NCBI GenBank assembly: GCA_000708835.1
Contig: DF237127.1
Span: forward strand, 1-64,000
DNA: 64,000 nt
Source: Klebsormidium nitens
Taxonomy: Eukaryota > Plantae > Klebsormidiophyceae
Direction: 5' to 3'
Every line of letters starts with the position of its first letter. The stretch's first letter is position 1. Positions 11,501 through 23,500 of this stretch are shown here, in pieces. The translations under genes and the position numbers were made by a program. Below the pieces are notes generated by a model. It ran no database searches, had not been told where the DNA came from, and saw only the letters and a program-made list of their open reading frames with translations.

Positions 11501-14500
11501 CAGACATAAAGGCCTGATTGGACAAGAGTGTAAATATCTCAACCGCGCCCAGTTGCGAAGAATGAAGCACCCCACTAATCAGACAATCGTGAAATTATGC
11601 GCACAACCGAAGCACAGTACGAAGACCCAAGACCTACAAAGCAAAGCAAAGAGCACAGATTTCAAAGGCCGCCATGTGGAAACGCAATCCTAATCAACGA
11701 AGGTCGAGCCCCAATTCCTCAGGCTAGAAGGCGGTCTCCCAAACCCTTTGTTCGCAATCCTTGGGGTCACCACTTTGGAAACCTCAGCCAACAGAGTCCG
11801 AAATAGAGTGTACAGCTCTGTGCGCTATATCTGCCATCCGTGCGAATTAGACTCTTGGTACGAAATCTTGCACCGGACGATCAAATACATCGGTGGATCC
11901 AGCGGTCTAGCTTCACGTACCAAGCGCCGACGCTCAAAGAGGGGTTGCCAATTTAGACGCAAACAGCACTGTGAACGACCCAAGGAAAAGAAACATTCAA
12001 AGCCCACCTTGAGTTGCAGTTCCCGGTCGTCTCGTGCCAGTTCCGCCCTCTCTAGATCGACGGCCTTCTGCTTGGCCGCAATTTCTGCCAGCAGCGCCGT
12101 ACTGCAAATGAATGAAGGGGTCAGAGGCTGGTTTATCCAAAACTTCAGGACTAGCTGTGGATTTGAGTATCAAACTTTCGGATCCGGTTGCTTTGAACAA
12201 GCCGAGTTTACTGTCCCCTTTTGATTGATATGATCACACCGAATGGAGCGTGGGTCAGATCCAAAGCATGCTACGTGTGATGGCAGCTGTTTGTCACAAA
12301 ACCTGCGAAAGGGTATCTGAGGGAAGTCGAAATGCGCAAATCCGCAGATAGGGCTAACACAACGATCATACTCAGCTCCTTCGCAGACCTTTCGCATAGG
12401 TTTCAGGGCACTTGAGCCTGATAGTTCGCTACCGCTTAATCTGTAAGGCTCCCAATCAAGTATGACAGAATGATACAGCCCAAAGCGAGGCCCCGTACCT
12501 CTGCTCGAGCAACGCCTCCAGGGCGGGCTGCAGCCCATCCGCGTCGTCATTGCTTCTCACAAGGCCCCTCTGTATCGCCTGCAACCGGTCCAAGCACGCC
12601 TCCAAAACCCTGCGCCGCCGCCGCAAAACCCCCTTCGCGCCGCGCCAGAGGCCGCCCGCGAGCCGCACGAACGCGCCCAGCTGGCGACCGGCGAGCGAGA
12701 CCTCCAAACCCCGCGCCGCCCAGAGCGCGCGCGCGCACTCATACACCGCGGCCGCGGCTGCGGCCGCCGAACTGGGCGCCCACGAGCCGAAACCCTCGAG
12801 CGCCTTCGGGGGGTCTGGCGCGTCGGGGGGGGCCGCGGGGCGGTCTTTCCACAGGTCGTTGATCTTGTTTTGGCGCAAGAGGTACCCCCCCTTTTCGTCG
12901 GAAAAGGTCCAGTCGGCTCTTTGACGAAACGCCTGCTCCGGTTGCGTGTCCCAAACCCTACCTAAACCCTGGTCCGCGAACTCCATAACCGCGAGGTCCG
13001 CGGGCGGGTCAAACCTCCAAACCCTCAGCGTCTTCTGCAGCTCCGGGAAGCCGTCTCTCAGCGCCCGCCACGTGGCGTCCGTGCAGATGAAAATCACGCG
13101 TGGACACGTGGCGGGCTTTGACTGGGCGTCCGCCGGTGGCTGATCTCGGCTGCCGATCTTGTTGCCGGAGCTCTGCTGGTTCTTGGCCCGGCCTTTCGCG
13201 CCGGACGCTGCCTTCCGTTCCGTTCCGTCTTGGGGAATCCGCCCGCTGACGACTACGTCGGCGAGCCACGCCAGCACGTCGACATTTTTCAAGATGGCGC
13301 TCCCCAGCAACAAGCTGGCGCTTCCAAAACCCTTACCGGAGTTCCCGGCCATTGCTGCAGTCAAAGCTTCCCGCAATTCCCGGATGACGTCCGCTGACGT
13401 CATATCCGGAGACGCTGCCGTTAGGTCTTCCGCTCCGGAGCCGAGGAACTTCAGAGCGGCGTTCACCATCCGCCGTTTGCCGCAGCAGGGGGGTCCGATC
13501 ACCGCCAAAGCGTCCCCCCTTACGAGAGCGTCGACCAGCTTCGCGAATTGAATCTCCGCTTCTGGGAAGCTCTCAAGGGGGTTCGCTGACGTTTCCGACG
13601 TGTCTGGCTGACGTATTGGCAAGACTGGCTGTCGCAAAGGCGCCTTTCCTCGCTGCGCCTTCGGACTGTCCTCAAACTGCACGTGCTTTGTCCCCTTTGC
13701 TGCCACGTGGCTCGCGCTAGCAGCTTCCACGTGTTCCTCGTTCTCTTTACCCTCTTCCAAAGTCGCCCACAGCTTCGCACGCCAAATCTGGCGATCCGCC
13801 AACGTGCCGCTTCCGCCCTTCCTCCCCGGAACGGACCGTTCGCCTTGCCGCAAGGGGTTTGCAGGTTTCAGCGCGAGCGGCATCAAGGGCGCGCGCGCGA
13901 GCGCGATCTTTTTCCCCGCCTTTTCGACTGCGGCCGCGAGCGCCCCGTCGAGCAAAGCCCTAAACCCTTCGTCCACGCGCGCGCCGACGCTCTCCATCAC
14001 CGCGCCCCGCAGCGCCTCCGGCCACGAAACCCCCAATCCCCAAATCCCGGCGCCGGCCTTGGTTCGTTCCGGTTCCGCGCGTTCCGGCTCCTTTCCGTCG
14101 TCGGAACCGCGGCCCTTCTGGGCCTTCTTTAGTAGACCCACGAAGTTTGGGACGTCCAAATCGGACGAAGACTCCCGCTTCCGCCCAGCGTCGCCCGCTT
14201 TGTGCTCGTTCCGTTCGACGACAGTTCCGCCGGCCGGAATCCCGTCCGTTTGGTGCGACCCGTGAAGCCGACGTAGTGCTCGCAGCGCGCCCACAAACGC
14301 ATCCAAACCCAGAATTCTACTGGCTGACGTCACGTGGGCTCGTTCCGCCGGACTCCGGGCGGAACCGAAGCGGACTCTGCAAAGCTCCCGGGCAGCGACC
14401 AGAGCGTCTGCCGCCGCTGACGTCATCTCCTGTGCGGACGGCAGTGGTGCTTCTCCAATGGAGAGGTTATCCAGACACGTCTCCAGGATGGCTTGGCACA

Positions 14501-17500
14501 CCGACTGCGGAGGCGCGTCGTTGAAGGTCAGTGTGAATAATCTCCCGTTCAACCGGTTGGGAAGTTTGGCTTCGTCGGACTCTCCACTTAGGGCCAACTG
14601 CAGCCCGGCGATTTCCACCGAGGACCGCTCCGCAGCGCTATACATCGTGCCGCTTCCCAAGACCTGCCTGAGAAGTTCTAGACTTCCCGGAGCCCCGCTC
14701 GCTGACTTGGGACCCTCTAGAGAGAGGTGGACGTCGTCAATCATGACCAGGAGCCTCTTTCCGAGGGGGGTCCGAAGAGCCGTCCTCTTTCCCCCGGGAA
14801 CGAGGTGCGCTCTTAGGACGTCCGAAAGGCTAGCTGCAGACGTGCCACGTGTCATGAAGGCAGTCGCCGAAGTAAACTTCTCCTTAGAAACCAGGCTGCT
14901 GGCTGCCACTTGCATTATGAAACTTTTCCTGCTGGAGGGGGGTCCGATCAGTAGCGGTGGGAGCCCCCCCACGATAGTCATCTCAAGCACTGCTCGGGCG
15001 CGTTCGCTTTCCAGCGTCGGAACGTAAAGCAAGGGGGAAGAGTGCCCGGTTGTCTCCAAACCGAGCAGGGTTACTGGGCTAAAGTCGCCTGGGTTAGATG
15101 ACCCCAACCACGGCACAAAGGCCCGTTTCACACCGCACACCCGGTATTCAAAGAGGGAGCCACTTTCGGGGGGTGGGAATGCGCCCTTCGGCGCCAGCGC
15201 GCCCAAAGGCGCGCGCACACGCGATTCAAGCTCGGTCCTAAAACTGTCGGAAGCGCTTCCTCCGATCGCCCACAAGACGCAGAAAGCGAAGTACAGCGTC
15301 GCCATTCGCTCCGCGGAGTAAATAACCTCCGCCACCTCTCCCGCGCTGCCCGGGCGGGCATTCGGCTGCTTGGGGGATCTCCCCGGTTGCTTGTCAATGG
15401 AGAACGAGCGGCTGAGAATGTGTCCGGTGTCCGCTCCCCCGGTCGGTTTTTCTGTCGCGCTTTCCTCCGCACACTGCGAAAGCTTCCTAGCTGCCACCAC
15501 GTGGGGATCCTTCCGCATTAACTGCTCGAACAGCGCGATAAAGTGGGTCGTATTCCTACTGTACTCCAACCGAGGACCGGATTCCAAATCACTGCCCAAC
15601 GTCCAGAGAGGCTCCGCAGCGCCCACCAGAGCCGCCAGATGCTCCTTCAGAAACGACACCTCGGTCGGCAGATTCGCCACCCACTTTGACACCACTTTCG
15701 CCGCGGCCGTCTCTTCCCGGTCCAAATGGACGATCTTCGCGTCGCTTACCGCGGCCGGTGTCAATCCCGAAACCCCCGAGGTTTCAAAGATCAGCGCCGC
15801 GCCAGCAGGAACCCTGAACGTCTCCCCGGTTGGCAAGCAGAGGGATCCCCTCGCGGCTACCAGGGGCTCGAGAAGAGCCCAGTGAGGGCCCGGGAGGTCG
15901 CCGTCGAGAACAGCCCAGTTCTGGGAAAATGTGGTTCCGTTTCCGCTGCTTGAACGGACGGAAAACTCGGAGCAGAGGGTGGGGAGAAGGCCGTTCTCCC
16001 ACTGCAAAACAAAACGGGTAACATTCGGGTAAGCCAGGATTCTGAAGAGAAAGCAGGGTTATCTTGGCTTTTCAGAGGGAACAGTCGAAAGACTGAAGAA
16101 GAGAGACAACCGGCTGTCAGAGGTGGGGACATTGTCTGTTTTAAAGTTCGTACGTTGCATTGCGTCGGCACGCAGTGCGGCAAATTAAGCCTGGTACAGC
16201 AAGTCCGCTTATTGATGATCCTAGCCACGATTCCGTTTGAAAGAAGTACGCAGAGTTGATACCGCGAAAGTCTCTTCTCTTCCGATAGATAACAGGATGA
16301 AAGCGACTTGAATTCTGAGCGTAGCAAATGTAGACGACCTTTTCCAGAAGACGTGTAGATTTTCTCGTTGCTTCGAAATGAAACCGTTAGCTTTTCAAGC
16401 CCTCCGTAACCGGTGGGCAACTTGACAAAGAGAACGATTTTTTTACTGCCAAGCGGCAACTGGTTGACCAGAACTTAAAACAACAGATTTCGCTCTTCTC
16501 TCAAGTCATCAGCCTCTTGAGATGCAGCGCAAAACACACGTACAAACTGGATGGATAAGTAGAGGAACAAATGAGATGGCTCCAAACCTGGTGAGTCTGC
16601 CCATACTCCCCCAGCAGCTCGTCCTGAGTCAACGCCCCGGGGTACATAACCCGCACGTTAACCCACTCTTCTTCGCCCCGGATATTTGCTCTTTCTCCCT
16701 CCCGGTTACCTGTAACCCGGTTTAGAACCTCTAGCGCCGCAGCCAGTGTCCGCCAACAGCTAGTCTTCCCGCTCAGAACGTCCCCCGTTACGAAAACTGA
16801 CGTCGAATGGGAGAGGGCGTCACACAAGGCGAGGCACTTCGACGCGAAGCTTTCCGCATCGAACGGCAGCGAGGACTGCGCTAACAGTTGCCGCAAAATC
16901 TCCTCCAAGCGCTGTCGATCTTGCGCCGCGATGCGGCTATTGGTATCGGAGGGTTTGTGCAAGGGTTTGGGCGGGGATTTGGACGCGTCAGATTCGACCA
17001 CGCGGCAGGTCCAATCGACGAGCGTCCGTAAGTGCGGCAGGCGGTCTAGGATGACGCCACGTGGCAGCGAGATGGGGAGGGCAAAGCCGGGCTGCACTGA
17101 GATGTCGGCGCCCTCGACGGACACCAGTTGGGCGCCACGTGTCATGCCCTGGAGAGTGACGGGAAAAGTTGTGAACCATTTCGGAGCAGGCCAACAGAAT
17201 GGTGCGAACAAACCTAGTGATGCGCAGTCCTTTGCAAAAGCAGACATTTCTGGCGTAGGGCTGTACAGCTTCGCTTGAGTAGAGCCGTCAGACAGAAGCC
17301 AAAACAGCGGTCAGTCGGGGCGTCAAACCTGTTTACCGGTCAGCCGAGATCATTAATCTGCTTCCGTCGGATAAGTATACGTAGTCAGAAACCCAGAACA
17401 TGTATTCGCGACAATCGCGACAACGCATTCGTTTAAAGTGACAATCCGCTTGAACGATGCTGCACTTTCTGTGACGACGATCAGAAGGGCGATGTAAATG

Positions 17501-20500
17501 CTTGACAACTTTCAGGCGCAATTTGCAGTCCAATGTTGAGATACAATCTTTGAAGCTCATCCTTGGGAACCAATGCAGGACAGCTTCAATCCGGAAATCC
17601 TGCTGGTTTCTGAGAGACTCGTCCCCATTGACCGGTTGATTCCTCATCCTCTACAAGACACTCAGTCAGAGCTGGCGGGAGGGCTGGTGAAAACTGCGCG
17701 AGGACTCAAAAGAAAATTGAAGTTGAGCTTTTGAACGGAAAGCTCATTCTGCTCAGGAGAGCCGCCCGGCGAGCGTTCCTAAGTGTCTGACGGTCATTCC
17801 CTATCAAACGGGCAGTTTGGAATCCTGCGGGACAGAGTTCAGATGCCTACCGTCTGAAGCGCACGGAGTTGCTGCGTCAGCACTGACGTCACTGCAGGCG
17901 AGAGGGCGTCCAGGTTCGAAAGCGACAGCCACGCTCCGCTTTCCGCCGCTCCGGTCAGAAGCCGCGCAGTAGACCTGCAGGAAAACGGAACGAATGTCAG
18001 AGCGTGTTAATAAGTCCCAGTGCAGGGAGCGCATGCATGAAAGATCATCATAGATCAAGGCTTGAATAATGAATGGATTGATTTTCACAGCTCGAAATGA
18101 AGGAAAACATAACAGCCAGGCCAAAGGCTTGCAGGGGCAGACGTGGGTTGAATGAGCAGAACGTGAAGATTGAGATGTCATTCCGGAAGGGCGACGAGAA
18201 AGAATGGACCCTATAACAAACGAAATGCAGTACAAGCAGGGAGAAGGATTCAAAGGATTCACTGCACTCAACTTTCTAGAATGCAGAAAACCAACAAAAA
18301 TCAAATAACCAAGAAACCCAAAGACCCCAGGACTCACCGGTAGTCCAGGGCCGCTGTGCAGACGCTCGGGAGATACAACCGGCCACAGGCCCGGGCAAGC
18401 TCTGCGAGAGTATTCACACCGCCTGCTTCGGGCTCCGGTTGTGCGACGAACTGGCCGGTACTAAGAGCCGAAAAGAGAGACAGAGTGGCTCGGGAGGAGG
18501 TTATGAGCGGCAGGGGGGATTGGGAATCGTCGCCCAGGTATTCGAACCCATACGGTATGGAGAAGTCGCCCATACGGACTGTACAACTATCGCTTTCCTG
18601 CAGGGAAAGGAGGAGTTATAGAGGTTGCAAATGCACGGTCAAGATGGTTTCGGTGATGTAGAATTCCTTTTCGCTTCAGTATCTGCTACATATGCACGAT
18701 CCAGATGGTTTCGGTGATGTAGAATTCCTTTTCACTTCAGTATCTGCTACGATACTCCATACGTAACGAGAACTTCGCAAACCCAACAACTTTGGAGGCA
18801 GTACAGCCCACGATGCTGCCTTCTTGAAGTCCAACCATTTTAGCACCGAGCCTTTACCTTTAGTTGCGTTTCTTGCTCTACGAAGCATCGAAAATCATAA
18901 TGAGCATAAGATTGAGTAAGCAATGCTTTTGTCCCCAATCCGTTCTACTTGTCAAAATCGGGGTGATCAAAAGGTCGATTGTCGTTGCAGACTAAAGTAT
19001 CGAATTAAGGCATTTCTGTTGGATACCTGAGACCCCTGCTCTTTTGATGGCATCGTCAACAAAGGTACCCAACGTTACCGCCTCGCCGCCCAGATCGTAA
19101 GGCTCACCTCCTGCCACGTGTACCGCAGCTCTTTCTTCCACTCCAAGAAACCATCGTCAGCCGCCACCAATCTCCTGAGCACCTGTTTTCGAGCTTCGAC
19201 GGCGGCCAGTCTCCAGTGATCCAGACTCTTCTGGTCGCCGCTTTCTGCCTCCAACTCAGTTCTGCTTCTGAGCTCTCCTGACAGATTGTCTAGTTTGTTG
19301 GACACTAATCCGAGTCTCTCGGAACCTCTTTTTGACTTTCCGGCCGCAGTTTCGGGGGCGTCACTGCTGCTGACGTCCGCGAGAGCGTTGTCAACGTCAG
19401 CGGTCCATTGAATGGCGTCAGCGAGGAGGACGCTCTGCACCGCTGGCGTGCTCGCCTTCCCGTCGAGGACCTGGCAGGGTGGCAACATGTGACGTTACTT
19501 CGCGAACTTCCACTTGGAAATCAGCGGTAATGTGCTTTGTGATTGGTATATTGCAATGGTTTTCAGGTACGACCCTTTGCAGCGGAATCTTGCAAGCAGA
19601 GCGACGGATCTCTTTACCACGTTTCTCGTAGATCGAGCGACTCTTTTCTTTGTGATTGGCAATTCACAACGGGCATGCGACGGAACAAGGCAAGAGCGTG
19701 AAAAGATCAAAAAACGTGGTCGCTGATTTCTTCCGCTGAATTCGTAAGTATTCGGATATTCGCCTATCTGTATCAGTATCAGTACTCAAGCTACGCTTGT
19801 TCAAAAGTTGGAGACGCGAGTTCTGGTACGCTGATCCCTCACCTCTTTCGTCTGAGCGGCAAGCGTCTTTCTGATCATCTCCAGCAACCGCCCCATCCAC
19901 CGGTCAACTCTGGCAGGAACTCTCACTGACCCAAGCAGTCGGTTCAGCGTAAGAACCTCTCCCTTGTGACCTTCAACCGCCGCTACGAAGCTCCGCTCGG
20001 AAGCTTCCGCTTCCGTTCCGGAACTCGCGTTCCCCCCCCGGGTTTGAACGACCACAGACGAGACCCCCGTGAAGCACTTGCTGATTAAGTGGCTGACAGT
20101 GGAGAAGTCGCGCGCTGCCGCCAGAGTCAAAAGTTCCGGGTCGCTGCAAAAAAGGAAGTAAACTTCAGAAGAGACGACTATGTCTGGGTTGATCGCCCCC
20201 CTTTGAACAATCAGGAAGAGATCTCTTGTGAAGTGCTGATCAAGTGGCTGACGCCTGAGAAGTCGAGCGCTGCTGCCAAAGTCAAAAAATTCGGATCGCT
20301 GCAGATTTAGAAGAAGGAAGTTAGATTGAGGAGGCGAGCCTTTTTTGGTTCATCTTTGGGCTTTGAACGACTAGGAACAGAAGTACTGTGAAGCAGCTGA
20401 TCTTAAGCAGAAAAATTGCGCGCCGCCGCCAGGATTAGTAGCTCTGGATTGCCACAAAGGAAAGAAACATAGATCCAAATATGCAAAGGTGACAGGATCT

Positions 20501-23500
20501 ATTCCCCGGATCTGAGCGACTGGATATGGACTTGAGCGAATATGGACAGAAACCCTGTAAAGTATTTGTTTATCACGTGGCTAACGGGCGCAGAATCGTG
20601 GGCTGCCGCAGAGTCAGAAAGGCGTTTTGGGTTCCCTCAAAACAAAAACATTTGAAGGGGCGGATCTGTTTGGATCGAGTCTTCCGGGTTTTAAAATCCA
20701 GGGACGGAATTCCGTGAAGCACTTGCTTATCAAGTCGCGGACGCCGAATTACTCGTGCGCAGCCGCCAGCGTCAAAAGCTCTGGAATGTTGCGGAGTCAA
20801 CAGGAACAGTTGAGTACACACGTTCGTTCGAGTTTGCACGACCAGGGTTGAAACCACAGTCAAACACGTGCTGGAGAAGAACTGACGAGCCAGTGCCAGG
20901 ATGAAAAGCTCCAAACACTGCAAAAACTCAAGGGAGACCTTGGTACATGGTGTCCAAAAGTTGCATCAGTATACTTGGATCACAAGAATGCAGGGAAAGC
21001 AAGTGGTCGGTTGTTCCAGTTCTTGAAGTGCATGTAAGGGAAAGGAATTACATGATGAATAAGGATCCAACTGGGTGCGAAATTCATTCATTGTGGAAAG
21101 TGGAGGTCGGTTCTAAGAAGAACATTTGTGGCAGGTTGACGGTTGGTATCACTATGTAGGAGGCTAACTGTGTAACATCAGTAGTTCACACCTTTGCTTG
21201 GAGAAGATGATGGGAGTTTGGTGGAGTCAGCATTCATTTAATAGGATGAACGGAGCAAAGTTCAAGAGTATATGGGAACGAGGTGGAAGTTGATACAAAT
21301 CTGGTGGCAAAATTCGATGCGAGACCAATGAATTGGAAGAAGTTCGATGTGGTGGGCAGTGGTTTTATGTAGGGTTGTCATGTGATTTGGTGTGGGTGTG
21401 GCGGAGATCTGGATAAAAGATGGCTGAAGTTTGCGGTAAATTGATATTGATGTGGTATGTGAGGAATTTGGGTCAGGGATGGGTTGGATTGTGATGGCAG
21501 ATGACTGGTTGTGTTGGTGTAGGATGGCCTCTTTCGAGGCTCAGAAAAATTGGGAAAATCCGCGTAGTGTGATTATGGCCGTGATACGTCTAGTAAAAGG
21601 CGAGGCGTATATATACTGAGACCGTAATCACGCGGAGAATGTGGGACCGTACGTCGGGCAGCAGTTTATATACCCCCGTCCGAGCGAAAACTTTGATTTT
21701 TTGGTGGGTCGAGCGAAACAAGCTACCGGCACCGTCCACTGCCCATCGTACGGTGGAGATTGATGATCGCGGACTCGGTCCGTGACCGTCCGACTCGCGA
21801 CGCCGGTCGGATTCACGCTGAGTCGGACCGAGTACTCGTGCAAACTTAGCGGTGCTCAAACTTGAAACCCCACGCCGGTACCCAAATTTGAAAATCTGGG
21901 GGGTCAACTTTCGACCGTCGATAAGGCGTCTGGGCTGGGTTTCGAGCTCCGTCAGCCTTCGATTTGATGCGCGACGTTCGGTTTTAAAATCCACAGTAGC
22001 ACCGCAGACTATTTGGACTGGCGGCCACCTTCATTGTTGTAGCAATTCTCTGCAGAGTGCTCGACTTTCAAATTCACTTGGTATAACAGAATAAAGAAGC
22101 CCATAAGAGACCAAAGTCTGCCCTTGGCGCGCAGATGTGAGCGCAGTTTCGCTTGTGAGTCACAGTGCGCTAATAAGGTGTGTCAAGAAGTGGATAATGG
22201 ATACCGCATCCAGTTGGGTGCAGAAAAGTCTCGACGCCACGAATATCAGCTAATGGGATGCAGAAGCACAAAGATGTGTAGATCCCAGAGTCACCGGCAT
22301 GATGTTCTGGGACCACCTTTTATCCCGCTTGCGGGTTTTATTATAGCATCAGAATCTCGTCCGCACAGTGCCAGAAACAATGCTCAACCCAGACAATGAA
22401 CACACGATTTGCTTTGCGAAGCCCTCGCAGACTCACTCCAGCCTGGGTGAGATTGTTGCCCTCCCAAAATGAACCAGCACCAGATTCAAAGATATCAAAC
22501 CAGGGTCAAAAGCCAAGTTTTGTTGGTTCCGAGATCAGAAAACATTTGGACGCCCACCTCAAGAACTAGAGGCGCGGGGAGCCCATCAGCAGCTGCCATG
22601 CATATCATCCGCAAGGAGGCCTGGATCACTTCAAAGCCAGACCGCAAGCCCAAAATCTTTCCTCCTTAGCCTTGAAAAGATTGATAATCGGACGCTCACA
22701 TCTGCCGCAGCGTGACTAGATGGTTGGCAAAGGAGCCTTGGATAAGAGCCCAAAATCACTTCAGATACAAATGTCAACGTAAAGAACCAGGATCGTAGGT
22801 TTTTGCTTTTTCTAAAGAAAATGCGGACGCCCTCCTCAGACATTAGAGGCGCGGGAAGCCCGTCCGCAGCGTGTCCAAGTGGTCCGCAAACGAGCCTGAA
22901 TAAGGGCCCAGAACCCTCCAGATACAAACGTCAAACTAAAGAAGCACGACCACAGGTGTTTGATTTTCTAAAGAGATTCTGGACGCCCACCTCAAGAAGT
23001 ACATTCGCGGGAAGCCCGTCCACAGCGTGTCCAAGCGGTCCGCAAACGAGCCCTGGATCTCTCCAGGCAGGAGATGAATTCAGAAAGGAATGATCTTCTA
23101 CTGCTGCTTTGCAACAGAATTGCAGACGCTCACCTAAGAAAATAGAGTCGCGGGAAGCTCGTCCGCAGCGTGTCCAAATGGTCCGCAAAGGAGCCTTGGA
23201 ATCTCTTCAAACCAAAGGTGAACTCAAAGAGCGACAAACATTAATTTCTACTTTGCTGCGGACGCTTACCTGAGAAAGTACAGTCGCGGGAAGCCCGTCC
23301 GCAGCGTGTCCAAATGGTCCGCAAAGGAGCCCTGGATCTCGGCCAGCCGGTCGCGCAGCGCCGCGCACTTGGCGAGGGGTGACGTCGGCTGCGCGGCCGC
23401 GAGCAGGTGCGCCTTGAGCTGGACTGACGTCATCATGGCGCCCCACTGGCTGGACAGGCTCTGCAGAGGGGGACACGTGGGTCAAGTCGCAGAGATGGGA

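Noticed and set aside
21587-21600. CTAG at the edge of the intronic insert as a Helitron 3' end
   Set aside because: No GC-rich hairpin 10-15 bp upstream of it and no TC 5' end with an A-T target found.
22545-23340. Regularly spaced repeats resembling a CRISPR array (also 20069-20800 and 33100-33640)
   Set aside because: The repeats are degenerate copies of the adjacent dynein exon edge, the 'spacers' are related intron sequence, there are no cas genes, and the context is eukaryotic.
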